A stretch of DNA of 64,000 nucleotides from the human T2T-CHM13v2.0 reference genome, Homo sapiens (GCF_009914755.1 NC_060935.1), one strand, 5' to 3'; shown: positions 1-13,320, counted from the stretch's first letter. A program made the numbers and translations. The notes: generated from the sequence alone by a model not told the origin.

Positions 1-402
1 CGATTTTTTGTCTCCAAAAGCCTTAAGATCTTAATATCTTTCTTTAAGATCTTCATCATTGAAAGACACTTCCATGTGCACATCAGCCAGGAAGTTAACG
101 ACTTGTCGTATGTTGTGCAGTTCTCAAATGAGTGTGCTGTGTGTATTTATGTGTGAGAAAAAGTAGGAATAATTCCTTTACTCATAAAACTTCTAGTATG
201 GTGGGAAAGTATAAAATCTAAGAAAATAGACATGGGAAAATCCAATATGTTTTGTGTTCTTTCTTTCTTTTTCTTTAGTGCTTAAAATTTGGAGATCTCA
301 CATGGATTAACATGAATGAAAACCTCTTAGTTGTTTTTCTGTTTTCTGTAAGCAACTGTTTAGCCTCATCTAATATAAAAGTTTTATTTTTAAGACACAC
401 TA

Positions 403-765
403 TGTATTAGTCTGTTTTCATGCTGCTGATAAAGACATATGTAAGGCTGGGCAATTTACAAAAGAAAGAGGTTTACTAGACTTACAGTTCCACATGGCTG
501 GGGAGGTCTCACAATCATGGCAGAAGGCAAGGAGGAGCAAGTCATGTCTTACGTGTATGGCAGCAGCCAGAGAGCTTGTGCAGGGAAACTCCAATTTTAA
601 AGCCATCAAATCTCGTGAGGCTCATTCACTATCACAAGATCAGCACAGGAAATACCCACCCCGATAATTCAATCACATCCAACTGGATTCCTCCCACAAC
701 ACATGGGAATTGTGGGAGTTACAATTCAATAAGAGATTTGGGTGGGGACACAGAAAACCATATCA
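403..765 (-). mobile_element. THE1 3' LTR
   Basis: tgtattagtctgttttcatgctgctgataaagacat...ggtggggacacagaaaaccatatca, reverse complement of the THE1 LTR. Confidence 0.93.
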
Positions 766-1864
766 TTCTGCCCCCTGGCCTCTCCCAAACCTCATGTCCT
801 CACATTTCAAAACCAATCATGCCTTCCCAACAGTCCCCCAAACTCTTAACTCATTTCAGCATTAGCTGAAAAGTCCATAGTCCAAAGTCTCATTTGAGAC
901 AAGGCAAGTCCCTTCTGCCTATGAGCCTGTAAAATCAAAAGCAAGTTAGTTACTTCCTAGATACAATGAGGGTAGAGGCATTGGGTAAATACAGCCATTC
1001 CAAATGGGAGAAACTGGCCAATACAAAGGGCTACAGGCCCTATGCAAGTCATAAATCCAGCAGGGCAGTCAAATCTTAAAGTTTCAAAATGACCTCCTTT
1101 GACTCCATGTCTTACATCCTGGTCACGCTGATGCAAGATGTAGGTACCCATGGTTTTGGGCAGCTCTGTCCCTGTGCCTTTGCAGGGTACAGCCTCCCTC
1201 CCAGCTGCTTTCATGGGCTGGCATTGTGTCTGTGGCTTCTGCAGGTGCACAGTGCAAGCTGTCAGTGGATCTACCATTCTGGGGTCTGGAGGATGGTGGC
1301 CTTGTCTTCCAGGACAGGTGGTGTCCCATTTCCTCTGCATGATGGTAGGAAGCACTCCTTACAATTTTCCCTTTCTAAGCATTTATTCCATGACTTAACC
1401 CACCACCACTACAACTGCCATCACTCAGATATACCAAAACTTGGGTAAATAATTATATTTCTTGTTTACATTGATCTTTTCCAAGCTCACATTTATTTCC
1501 ATTTCTACTATTGGAAGTGATTTGGGGCTGGGCACAGTGGCTCACGCATCCATCTGTGGTAGGGGACCATCTCAGGTGGATGGTCCCCTAGTAGGGACTC
1601 TGTGTGGGAGCTCTGACCCCACATTTCCCTTCTGCACTGCCCTAGCAGAGGTTCTCCATGAGAGCCCCACCCCTCCAACAAACTTCTTTCTGGACATCCA
1701 GGCATTTCCATATATCCTCTGAAATCTAGGTGGAGGTTCCCAAACCCCAGTTCTTGACTTCTGTGTACTTGCAGGCTCAACACCATGTGGAAGCTGCCAA
1801 GGCTTGGGGCTGGCACCCCATGAAGCCACAGCCTGAGCTCTACATCAGCCCCTTTCAGCCACAG

Positions 1865-2560
1865 CTAGAGCAGCTGGAACACAGGACACCAAGTCCCTAG
1901 GTTGCACACAGCATGGGACCCTGGACCTAGCCCATGAAACCACTTTTTCCTCCTAGGCCTCAGGCCCTTTGATGGGAGGGGCTGCCATGGAGACCTCTGA
2001 CATGCCCTGGAGACATTTTTCCCATTGTCTTGGGAAATAATACTCTGCTTCTCACTACTTGTGCAAATTTCTGCAGCCAGCTTGGATTTCTCCTCAGAAA
2101 ATGGAATTTCCTTTTCTATCATATTGTCAGGCTGCAAATTTTTCAAACTTTTATGCTCTGCTTTCCTTCCAAAACTGAATGCCTTTAACAGCATCCAAGT
2201 CAAATCTTGAATGCTTTGCTGATTAGAAATTTCTTCTACCACATATCCTAAATCATCTCTCTCAAGTTCAAAGTTCCACAGATCTCTAAGGCAGAGGCAA
2301 AATGCCTCCAGTCTCTTTGCAAAAACGTAACAAGAGTCACCTTTGCTCCAGTTCCCAACAAGTTCCTCATCTCCATCCTGGATTTCGTTATCCATAACAT
2401 TATCAACATTTTGGTCAAAGCCATTCAACAAGTCTCTAGAGAGTTTCAAACTTTGCCACATTTTCCTGTCTTCTTCTGAGCCCTCCAAACTGTTCCAACC
2501 TCTGCCTGTTACCCAGTTCCAAAGTTGCTTCCACGTTTTCAAGTATTTTTTCAGCAACAT
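1865..2560 (-). pseudogene. Remnant of the THE1/MaLR internal ORF (231 aa stretch still open)
   Basis: Translation (GRGWNSLEGSEEDRKMW, GNWSKGDSCY, RDLWNFELERDDLGY) is typical MaLR-int; lies between the two LTRs. Confidence 0.85.
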
Positions 2561-2584
2561 CTCACTCTACTGGTACCAATTTAC

Positions 2585-2966
2585 CATACTAGTCCATTTT
2601 CACACTGCTGATAAAGACATACCTGAGACTGGGCAATTTACTAAGGAAAGAGGTTTATTAGACTTACAGTTCCACATGGCTGGGGAGGCTTCACAATCAT
2701 GGTGGAAGGCAAGGCAGAGCAAGTCACGTCTTACATGGATGGCAGCAGTCAAAGAGAGAACTTGCGCAGGCAAACTCCCATTTTTAAAGCCATCAGGTCT
2801 TGTGAGACTCATTCATATCACAAGAACAGTGCAGGAACATTCTGGGGTCTGGAGGATGTCCCCATAATTCAATCACCTCCTACTGGGTTCCTCCCATGAT
2901 ACATGGGAACTGTAGGAGTTACAATTCAAGATGAGATTTGGGTGAGGACACAGCCAAACCATATCA
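2585..2966 (-). mobile_element. THE1 5' LTR
   Basis: Similar to 403-765; ends acacagccaaaccatatca; preceded by ggtaccaatttac, the LTR/int junction. Confidence 0.92.
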
Positions 2967-3026
2967 CACAATGTATTATTTTATTTAATTTTCATGTTAT
3001 ACTTATGAGATATAAAAGACTATTAA

Positions 3027-3331
<305 letters not shown>

Positions 3332-3402
3332 TATTAATCTATTTTAAAGGTGGCAAAACTGATATCTAGAGAGAGATTAAGTGACTTGTGTACTATTACA
3401 CT

Positions 3403-3470
3403 TCATTCATTCATTCAGAAAACTTTTACGGAGTGCCTAGTGTATGCCAGGTACTGTCTTAGTCTCTGGC
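3403..3470 (-). mobile_element. L2 3' end fragment
   Basis: ttcattcattcattca...gagtgcctagtgtatgccaggtactgt. Confidence 0.7.
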
Positions 3471-3789
3471 TTTAATTTTCTTTAACAATAACTGTGAAAT
3501 AGTGTGGTAAGAGCTATTGTATACAGGTGTCCTGGAAGATAAAGTCATAGCTTTGGGGCCTGGGGAGAGTACCGCTGTAAAAACTTCAAAAGAGGTAACA
3601 TTTGAGAATTACCTGGAAAGGATAAGTAGAATTTCCCAAAGAGAAGGAATGGTAGATTGGGAGTTATTGGCTGTTTTGAGAGACTCACCTTCTTGATGCA
3701 GTTGGTACTCTCATGATTCTTAATTTGGGGCATTTTTCACCAAGTGACACTGCCATTTTCAAGTAAGATTGTGATTTGGAGTAGCTGAA

Positions 3790-4018
3790 TAGAGCAATGG
3801 AAAAGAGTGATACCTTTGGGCCACACAGATTTATCCTGGACACTCTGCTTGTTACTTGGGGAAAGTTATTTAATTCCTCTGAGCCTCAGTTTCTTCAGAC
3901 ATAAAATGAGAATATTAATACTACCTATTTTGTGGTTATTTATGAGGATTAAATAAGTTAAATGTATGTCACCTGGCACAATGCCTGACCCTTAGCATAA
4001 ACTTAATAAATATTAGTT
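3790..4018 (+). mobile_element. MIR
   Basis: Core aagttatttaattcctctgagcctcagtttc...taaaatgag; 3' end cctggcacaatgcctg...aataaatattag. Confidence 0.85.
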
Positions 4019-5061
4019 TATTTCCCTTCTGTATAAATAAAGAGTTGGCACTATTGCTACCTTTATTTATATATTTTTTTAGGAAATTAAACTCAAGAGA
4101 AGTTCAATGACTTGGTCATTTAACTTATATGTGGCAGAGCCACCCATTCTTCATTTTCTATTCTTTGATTTCTCTCAATCACCACTCTCATGAAACCAGA
4201 TTTCCCAGCAGCCGTATGGCCAGGAAAGGCCTTGTACACCAACCCCAGGATGAAAAGAGGAAAGAGAAGGGCCTCTTTAACTAGGCTATCTGAAACAGAA
4301 ACATAATCTAAGAGTTATTGCATTTCAGTAAGTACTTGCAAGACAACATGACTATACCTAATGTTTGGGTAAGACATAGTGCCGGACTTTGTATTTCAGA
4401 ATGATTAATGAGGCATGCTGAAAAAAGCCTGACTGAGATGAATTATTTCATCCTGCTATCAGACCTATTCTTCCCTGCTCCCACTCCCTGAAGGTGACAC
4501 CTCCCATACCTCCCACAGCACACACTCCTATTTTTGTCAAACAGCTTGTAACTGGATGCTTTGGGGTCTGTCCCTATCACTAGGGTGTGGTCTGCCCTCT
4601 AGAGCAAAAAATTGCATTCAGAATCCCAACATGAAGATTTGAAAACACACTCCCCCTTGCTACTGTGGTAAAGATGGCCCCACTTTTTCTATGTCCTCCA
4701 CATTTTAAGGAGTGGCAATAGGAACTCAGTCACCTCCTAAGTGAATGAGAAACCTGTATAGGAGGGTGGGGATGAGTAACATAAATACATTTTTTCTCTG
4801 GGTAAGAGGGTTTTGAATTTCCCAGGGAAATTAGGAAAATTTTTATCTGAAGGGCCTGCAGAATGAAGCAAAATACCTGGAAAATGGTATAAAGACATTC
4901 ATAATCTACAGTGAGGGCAACACACCAGTTATGACAAGGTGGCACATTCACAAATAGTAATGATACAGAGCAGATCAAGGTAAGATATATGGGATCAGAG
5001 GACAAGTTATACCCCCAAACAGTAAAAGATACATGAAGAAGGTGTATTTTAAATAGGCCCT

Positions 5062-5340
5062 GGTTGGGCACAGTGACCAAGGTGGGCAGATTGCTTGAAC
5101 TCAGGAATTTGAGACCAGCCTGGGGAACATGGCAAAACACCATATGGACAAAAAATACAAAAGTTATCCAGGCATAGTGGCACATGCCTGTGGTCCCAGC
5201 TACTTGGGTGGCTGGGGTGTGAGGGTTGTTTTAGCCCAGAATTTCAAGGCTGCAGCGAGCTGAGATCAGGCCACTGCACTCCAGCCTGGGTGACAGAATG
5301 AGACCTTGTCTAAAAAAATTAAAATTAAAAAAGTAAAATA
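5062..5340 (+). mobile_element. AluJ with a deletion of about 30 bp in the left arm
   Basis: ggttgggcacagtg joins directly to accaaggtggg; A-rich tail; degenerate TSD aaataggccct/aaacaggtcct. Confidence 0.88.
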
Positions 5341-6137
5341 AAACAGGTCCTGAAGCAAGGATAGGATTTCTACAAGATGTAAAAGCATGACATTCTTGAC
5401 AGGAAAAAAAAAAAAAAAACACCAACAAAAGCATAGAAGCAGAAAAGTTTCAGGTCTGAGCTGGTGAAAGTAGATGATATACTTTATCTGAACATTGGAA
5501 ACATTTAGAGAAATAATAGTGATTAATGCTGGAAAGATAAGTAAGTAGTCTCAATGCTTATTAAGGAGTTTGGACTTAGTTTGATAGATAACTGGGAGCT
5601 GTGAGTAAGGTGATCTGAAATGAGTTAGGAAAAATTAATCTGGCAGAATAGGAAACATGGCATGAAGAAAATTAGGACAAATGTTTGCAGTAGCCATAGT
5701 AAGAGGGAAGGAGAACCTGGTGTAAGGCAGTGTGAAATGGAGACATCTGATCCTAAAGAAAATGTGAGGGTGCAATACATTGGATTTGGCAACTGATAAG
5801 ATATGAGGCAAAAGAGGAAATGTCACTCTAGTTGTGGTAGATTGGGAAAACTTTTTATACTACTGATACCACATTATGTATAAAAAGTTATGCCATTTAG
5901 CATATGGAAGCTACAGAGAAGATAGCAGGATTGGTGATTTGGGGGAAAAAGTGACAGATCTTGTTTGGCATATTTTGGGTTTCAGATACTGATAGATTGT
6001 CTGAAAATTTAAGTCAGGTCCTCAGAAAAAATAAGGGCTGGCAATTCAGATTTGAGAGTCATCCATACACAGTGATAATCAAAGTAATGGAAATGGATGA
6101 TATTTAAAAGAGAAAATAAAGAGATAGAAAGTCTGAG

Positions 6138-6437
6138 AGCCAGGTGCAGTAGCTCATACCTGTAATCCCAGCACTTTGGGAGGCTGAGGCAGGTGGATCA
6201 CTTGAGCCCAGGAGGTTGAGACCAGCCTGGGCAACATAGTGAGACCCCATCTCTACAAAAAGTAAAAAAAAAAATAGCTGGGTGTGGTGGCACTCACCTA
6301 TAGTCCCAACTACTAGGAGGCTAAGGTTGGGGGATTGCTTGAGCCTGGGAGGCTGAGGTTGCAGTGAGCCATGATTACACACACCATTGCACTTCAGCCT
6401 CAGTGACAGAGAGACACCCTGTCTTAAAAAAAAAAAA
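6138..6437 (+). mobile_element. AluJ
   Basis: Dimeric Alu with J-type bases; TSD AAAGTCTGAGA. Confidence 0.92.
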
Positions 6438-6524
6438 AGTCTGAGAATACTTGAATTTAGGAGGGAGAGGAAGCAGTAGAGCCAGTAACAGAGACAGAAA
6501 AAAAAAATGATCAAAGTGACAGGA

Positions 6525-6883
6525 TGATATGGTTTGGCTGTGTCCCCACCCAAATCTCATCTTGAATTCCCACGTGTTGTGGGAGGGACCCAGTGAGAGG
6601 TAATTGAATCATGAGAGTGGGTCTTTCCCCTGCTGTTCTCGTGATACTGAATAAGTCTTACAAGATCTGATGGTTTTATAAGGGGGAGTTTCCCTGCACA
6701 AGCTCTCTCTTTGCCTGCTGCTATCTGTGTAAGACGTGACTTTCTCCTCCTTGCCTTCTGCCATGATTGTGAGGCCTCCCCAGCCACATGGAACTGTAAG
6801 TCCATTAAACTTCTTTTTTTTTTTGTAAGTTTCCCAGTCTTGGGTATGTCTTTCTCAGCAATGTGAGAACAGACTAAATCACA
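6525..6883 (+). mobile_element. Solo THE1 (B/C-like) LTR
   Basis: tgatatggtttggctgtgtccccacccaaatctcatcttgaattcccacg...gagaacagactaaatcaca. Confidence 0.92.
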
Positions 6884-7734
6884 GTAGGAGATCAAAACAG
6901 TGCTGCATTAGGGAGTAAAGAGAGAGAATGTTCCATGTCAGCAGGGAGTTCTGCAGCAGAGAATTGATTGGGGGAATAATTGGCTAGGAGACTTAGTAAC
7001 TAGGAAATCACTGATGACCTTAGGAGGACTGTAGTTGGAGGGAGTGAGGGACAATTACATAATGGAAGATGTTAAGTAAGAAGTGTTGGTGCAAACCTAG
7101 TGGATGTGATTGGTTTAACTATAATTTCAAAGCCTCTGATAGTGGGAATGGAAGAGAGATTGGAAAATGATGAGACTTTGGAATAAGTAAGGGTTTCCTT
7201 AGAGAAGGTTATATAGACAAAAGCTGAGACATTAACTCAGAAGGAAAGTTGGAAGACGTGACAGAAGCGAGGTAACTGATGGAGGAGCACAGTTCCAAGG
7301 AGGAAGAAGGAACTTGAATCAAGAGCAATGCCCGAGGGATTAACCTCAGATTTAAGGGAGGAGGAGGAAAAAGAGGAAAGATACACAGAGATGCTGAAGT
7401 GGAAAGAAAATAATTTGAAGTTATCAAATGTGAAAGAATATGTCTCATTAAAACAGGAAATAAAGTCATCTGCTTTGAGTGGGGAGCTGAACAGAATCAG
7501 GGCCTTGTGCAGAATAAGAGAGAGATGGAAAAGTCTCTGGGAAGTGAGGTGATGGATTGATTAAAGGTGAAGGAAAGCAGTGAGCATCAGTAAACCCAAC
7601 AAAGAACAGATTCAGGGTGGATCCAGTTAAAACAGTTTCACAATTTTCTCCAATAACAGTTTGCAACCATTCTTGAAGGCTGCAGACTTGGCAGACTTGG
7701 CAAGGTGGAACAGGAGAAATACAAAGTATGGAGC

Positions 7735-8096
7735 TGATATGGTTTGGCTGTGTCCCCTCACAAAGTCTTATTTTGGATTGTAATCCCCATAATCTCCACA
7801 TGTCAAGGGAGAGCCCAAGTGGAGGTAATTGAATCATGGGGGTGGTTTCCCCCATGCTGTTGTCACGATAGTGAGTTCTCAGGAGATCCGATGGTTTTAT
7901 AAGTGTTTGGTAGTTCCTCCTGCGTTCATTCTCCTTCCTGCTGCCTTGTGAAGAAGGTGCCTTGCTGCTGCCATTATTGTAAGTTTCCTGAGGCCTCCTC
8001 AGCCATGCTGAACTGTGAGTCAATTAAATCTCTTTCCTTTATAAATTATGCAGTCTCAGGCAGTTCTTTATAGCAGTATGATAAAAGACTAATACA
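7735..8096 (+). mobile_element. Solo THE1D/MSTA-type LTR
   Basis: TGATATGG...GACTAATACA with perfect 5-bp TSD GGAGC. Confidence 0.92.
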
Positions 8097-9600
8097 GGAG
8101 CCATCCTAGGGTGGTAGTGAATATGTTTGTGAAATGGTTAATAATATGCCAAGCCTGATAGATGTGATAGAAAAGGAGAATAGAGGATCATAGTGTGACT
8201 GATGGTGAAAATAAAAATACAAATGCCTTTAGGGCTGGCAAGCAATTGAGTGAGGAGGAAGGAAAGTTGATGATGGTAAGAGAGGATATTTGGGGGTTGG
8301 CATCTTTAATTTTGAGCCATGGTGAAGGATAAGCAAGTCTGTGTTTTAGAGTTCTTGCTAAGTGACTGAGGTGCATTGCAGGTGGAGGGCACTGGAGTTC
8401 AGGACATCAGGAATACATAATTGTTAACGTTTATACATTTCTCTACAAATTTGAGTTATTTTTCAAGAAGGAAATAATACTGCTAGTTTTTTTTTTTTTT
8501 AAATCAATAAAAGCAACACTGATACATTATAGCATTCCAAGGAACAAAACAGAGGGAGAAATTTCAGGTTCACATCCAGGTCAGTAAGTCAGCAATTCCT
8601 TACTGAACTCACGTATGTTTTGCTGGACTGGATTGAAAGTTATTGGATGTTTGGCAGTTCTCTGGAATAAAAAGAAAAGAAAAAGAAAAGGTGAGGCGAG
8701 AATATGGGAAGCATTATTGGCATGGATAACTGGCATTCCCCATGGTGATGGTGGGAGAAGGGAGGACAGCCATTTTTCATGTCACTGAGTAAGAGATTAT
8801 AGGGAAGCTGGTAGAGAACTCTGAGGATGGTGCAGAAAGAGTGACAAAGTGACTTGTATGAACTCCACAAAAGAAGAGCTGGCTGAGTCCTGTGGCCACA
8901 ACTATGGTCTGAATATGGGCATGGGGGCAAGGATAATGAATTCTTCTCTTCCTGGAGCAAAGAAGGAGGTAGAATATATGGCCTCCTTTGAGGGGATTAC
9001 AAGGAGTTCAGTATTGTTGAGAGCAGGGGAGGGGGCAAGAAAAGGCTCAGTGAATAGAAGTGAAGGACAGACAAGTCAAAATCAGGGAAGAGTTTGTTCA
9101 TAAAAGGACAAAGCTGACTTCAAATAACATCATGGTTCCTCTGCAACTGGCATTTATGATGTGTAAATATAGGCCAAATAAATAAGTAACTGCATTGTCA
9201 GCGATCCCAAAGGGCCTTGAAGGCCTTGAGAGAGGAATCAAATCTCAGAGGGAGAAGATGCCTCCTGTTTTTATGCAGAAGAGAGGAGACACACCCTTGG
9301 CCCTGTTTTTGTGTGTAACTGAAGTGGAAGCTAGGAGTAAGGAAGTGGCTGCTTTTTAAAATCTCATCCCTAATAAGCCAATGCTTTGGTCTTTATCTTC
9401 TGGACCAGAGGGAAAAGGGATGAAAAGATTTCATCATTTTTCTGAAACAGACCAAGTGAGGGTGATTTTTGGTTTTTAGAGTAAATTGACAAGAACCTTA
9501 GATTCCTTTAAGTTCTACTTTCCAAAATCAAGAAGTGGCTTAAAAACACAAAAACAAACCCTAAACCATATAAAGATTATAGGCTTGCCTAAAAAAAAGT

Positions 9601-9622
9601 GGGGGGGGGGGGGGGGCGGGGG
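9601..9622 (+). repeat. Poly-G tract (G16-C-G5)
   Basis: Read directly. Confidence 0.95.
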
Positions 9623-9770
9623 CTAAAGAATCTAATTCATACTCTGGCATTAAAAATTGGATTACAGTGCCAGGTTCATTGCGAATGCCATATACATGTT
9701 TGCTATTAACATTTTATTTTATTAATTGATTGATTGATTCCCCAGTGTATTTCTCAAAAACATTTTATTT

Positions 9771-10000
9771 ATAACTGATATTTACTAGCCTCTAAATTGT
9801 GGAGCATTACATATATTATCTCATTTAATTCTCACAACAACTCTAAGAGGTATGCGTTATTGTTATGCCCATTTTACTTACTGAGAAACTGAAGTGCAGG
9901 GTGACCAGGTAAAGTTGGCGAAGTCACATGGCTAACAAGTGGAGAATCTGAGATTGAAGTTCAAGTTTGTCTGATTCCAGCGGCAGCATGCTTACTACAC
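9771..10000 (-). mobile_element. MIR
   Basis: attatctcatttaattctcacaacaactct...cccattttac...gagaaactgaag...gtcacatggctaacaagtgg. Confidence 0.88.
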
Positions 10001-10496
10001 TATCTTACACCAACTTTTTTGTGCCAAGAAATGTTATAGTCCAGAGGAAATAAACACAGGGTGAGGTAACATGACAATAGGATAAACTCGGATTTATGCT
10101 AAGGAAGAGCTTCTTGAGCGTTTGGAAGACACTAGAAATCGAAGATAGATACATCTTCCTGGAGTTGTTGTCAGCAGGAATAAGGCAGAATGACAGCTAG
10201 AAATCTGTCCCAACCTCATCTCCTCTGTGAATCTGTCCCCTGGCCAGGGCAATTTCCAGCGAGCTTTCTCCTGTTTGAATGCAGCCCCAAGAACATATCC
10301 CAGTTCCCACTGTAAATCCTGAGTTGAAAATGGCATCGGGAGGCACATGCCAGCACCCTCCTGCAAATGCCAGCTAGTCTTTCCTTGGCATCCCAAGTAC
10401 ATCATCCACTGGCTTCTGCTCCATCATTTCTCAGCAATGTAGAATATATAATTTTATTATTTAATAAATAAATGTAATGTATTTATTTCGCTTCAG

Positions 10497-10642
10497 GATG
10501 TGGAGCTGAGAAGCCCCGATTTCCACTTTCTGACTCCTAGACTCAGCTGATTTGAACCCCTCAGTGGAATAGCAGCAGCCCATCCGCAGCTTTCCTAGAA
10601 GTTCCTGACCTAGTAGCCTGAAATGCATTCTAATCAAGTGAG
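10497..10642 (+). other. Candidate non-coding internal exon
   Basis: Acceptor atttatttcgcttcag|G, donor GAG|gtaaga, 146 nt, unique sequence, stop codons in all three frames. Confidence 0.3.
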
Positions 10643-11200
10643 GTAAGATGAACATCCCCTGCAGCTTTATTTAGATTCGCTCAAAAAGTCACTCGCTGCT
10701 CTCAATTTGCATGAATGTCTGTTCCCAACTAGACAAGGCTGTGGCTGGAAGACTCCCCGTGAGCCAGGGAATTGAAGCTGCCTCTGCAAGCTGAATTCGT
10801 AATTGCCATGAGAAGGCAACAGCATCAAATCCTCCAGCGTGCCAATTCTTTAGGCGACGGACGAATTGACAACTCCTCACCTTACATAGGCACCAACTGA
10901 CTGTTGGTCTTTGCCCAGCTCTGGGTTTGTACCTGCCCTTCTGCCCCCAGCGATGGTGTCATTTTGACCTTGATCTGGGAATTGCTGTTCTTGTCAGCCT
11001 GTTGGCTCCCTCTGTTGAGGGAGACAGCTCTTTTGAGTGTCCAGGAGATGGAAGTACAAAGGTGGACAAATATCTACACTCGGAAGGCAGACAATAGTAC
11101 CCCCCAATTTCTGTTTGCACATAGGTGAGAGCAAGAAAAAAAGGAGAATACATTGTAAAGAGTTTTAGTTCAGACACAATATGAAAGCACTTGATTCTAA

Positions 11201-11527
<327 letters not shown>

Positions 11528-12018
11528 TAGCGTGGTTTTTAAAGAGCTTTATTATCCTGCTTTTTAAAACTTTAATACATTTTCCAAATTTCTACAAAGA
11601 GAACATATCTCAACAAAATTAGGAAAAAATGCAAATGAGAAAAGACGGATACTCAAGTGCAGCTCAGTTCAGTCCAGTGCCAGCTGGCCAGGCCTTTTGC
11701 GGCAGGCAGCCTATAAAGGTGCTCTATAAAGATACTGCACGCCTGGGTCTGGATTCTCCAGGGAGCAGGTGGCTCAGAGAGAGCATCAGTGACAAGAGCA
11801 AGGCAGATGGTGGGAAGGCGAGGGTGTGGGTGCCACACGGTGGCATCTCACACACTTCTGTTCATTCCATAAACAGGTTTAGTAAGCACCATTTCCTGGG
11901 GGAAAGTCTACTTCTGGAAAGAATTGTCTATTGAAAATGAAGATCTTTCCCTGCTGCAGAATAGGCTTAAAGAAACAAGTGCAGGCAGACAAGAGGGTCC
12001 TCCAGACCATGTGCCTAG

Positions 12019-12216
<198 letters not shown>

Positions 12217-12314
12217 TAAAGTGTTAGAGCTTGTGGAAAAAGGCAATGTCAAAAAAAGAAAAAAAATGAAATAAAATAAAATAAAGAATAACTCTAAGTG
12301 AAGTAAAAATATTA

Positions 12315-13027
<713 letters not shown>

Positions 13028-13186
13028 GACTTAAATAAAAAACAGAATAAGTGAAACGGGCTTTGTTCTCTCATCCAATGGTTGAATTCTTTCTAAAACC
13101 AATAGTTCAGATAATAGCTAACTCACCTGCAAGGTGGTCCATGCACCATCTGGCTACTTTAAGAGAGTTAGTAGAAAGTGATGATA

Positions 13187-13320
13187 GGCTGAGAGTGGTG
13201 GCTTGCCCCTGTAGTCCCAGCACTTTGGGAGGCACAGGTGGGAGGATCATTTGAGCCCAAGAGTTTGAGACCAGCTTAGACAACATAACGAGATCCCATC
13301 TCAATTTCTAATTAAAAAAG
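13187..13320 (+). mobile_element. FLAM monomer
   Basis: Monomer; degenerate TSD gaaagtgatgata/ggaagtgacgcta. Confidence 0.82.

Larger units (their letters stand above)
403..2966 (-). mobile_element. Two-LTR THE1 (THE1B/C-like) MaLR retrotransposon with rearranged internal region
   Basis: LTRs at 403-765 and 2585-2966 (TGTATTAG...CCATATCA on +), THE1-int between them, 5-bp TSD CACTA (398-402)/CACAA (2967-2971). Confidence 0.95.
5420..9110 (-). mobile_element. Long, fragmented L2 remnant interrupted by an Alu and two LTRs
   Basis: Purine-rich + strand; L2-like phrases (gagtttggactta, cagatttgagagtcatc); minus strand near 8700-8760 resembles the APE IILGDFNIH motif. Confidence 0.5.

Noticed and set aside
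22-53. TTAAGATCTTAA palindrome with a repeated ttaagatctt
   Set aside because: Short, AT-rich and at the window edge; not interpretable.
3528-3544. 12-nt inverted match (tcttccaggaca) to the start of the THE1 insert
   Set aside because: Too short to exclude chance, and the similarity does not extend.
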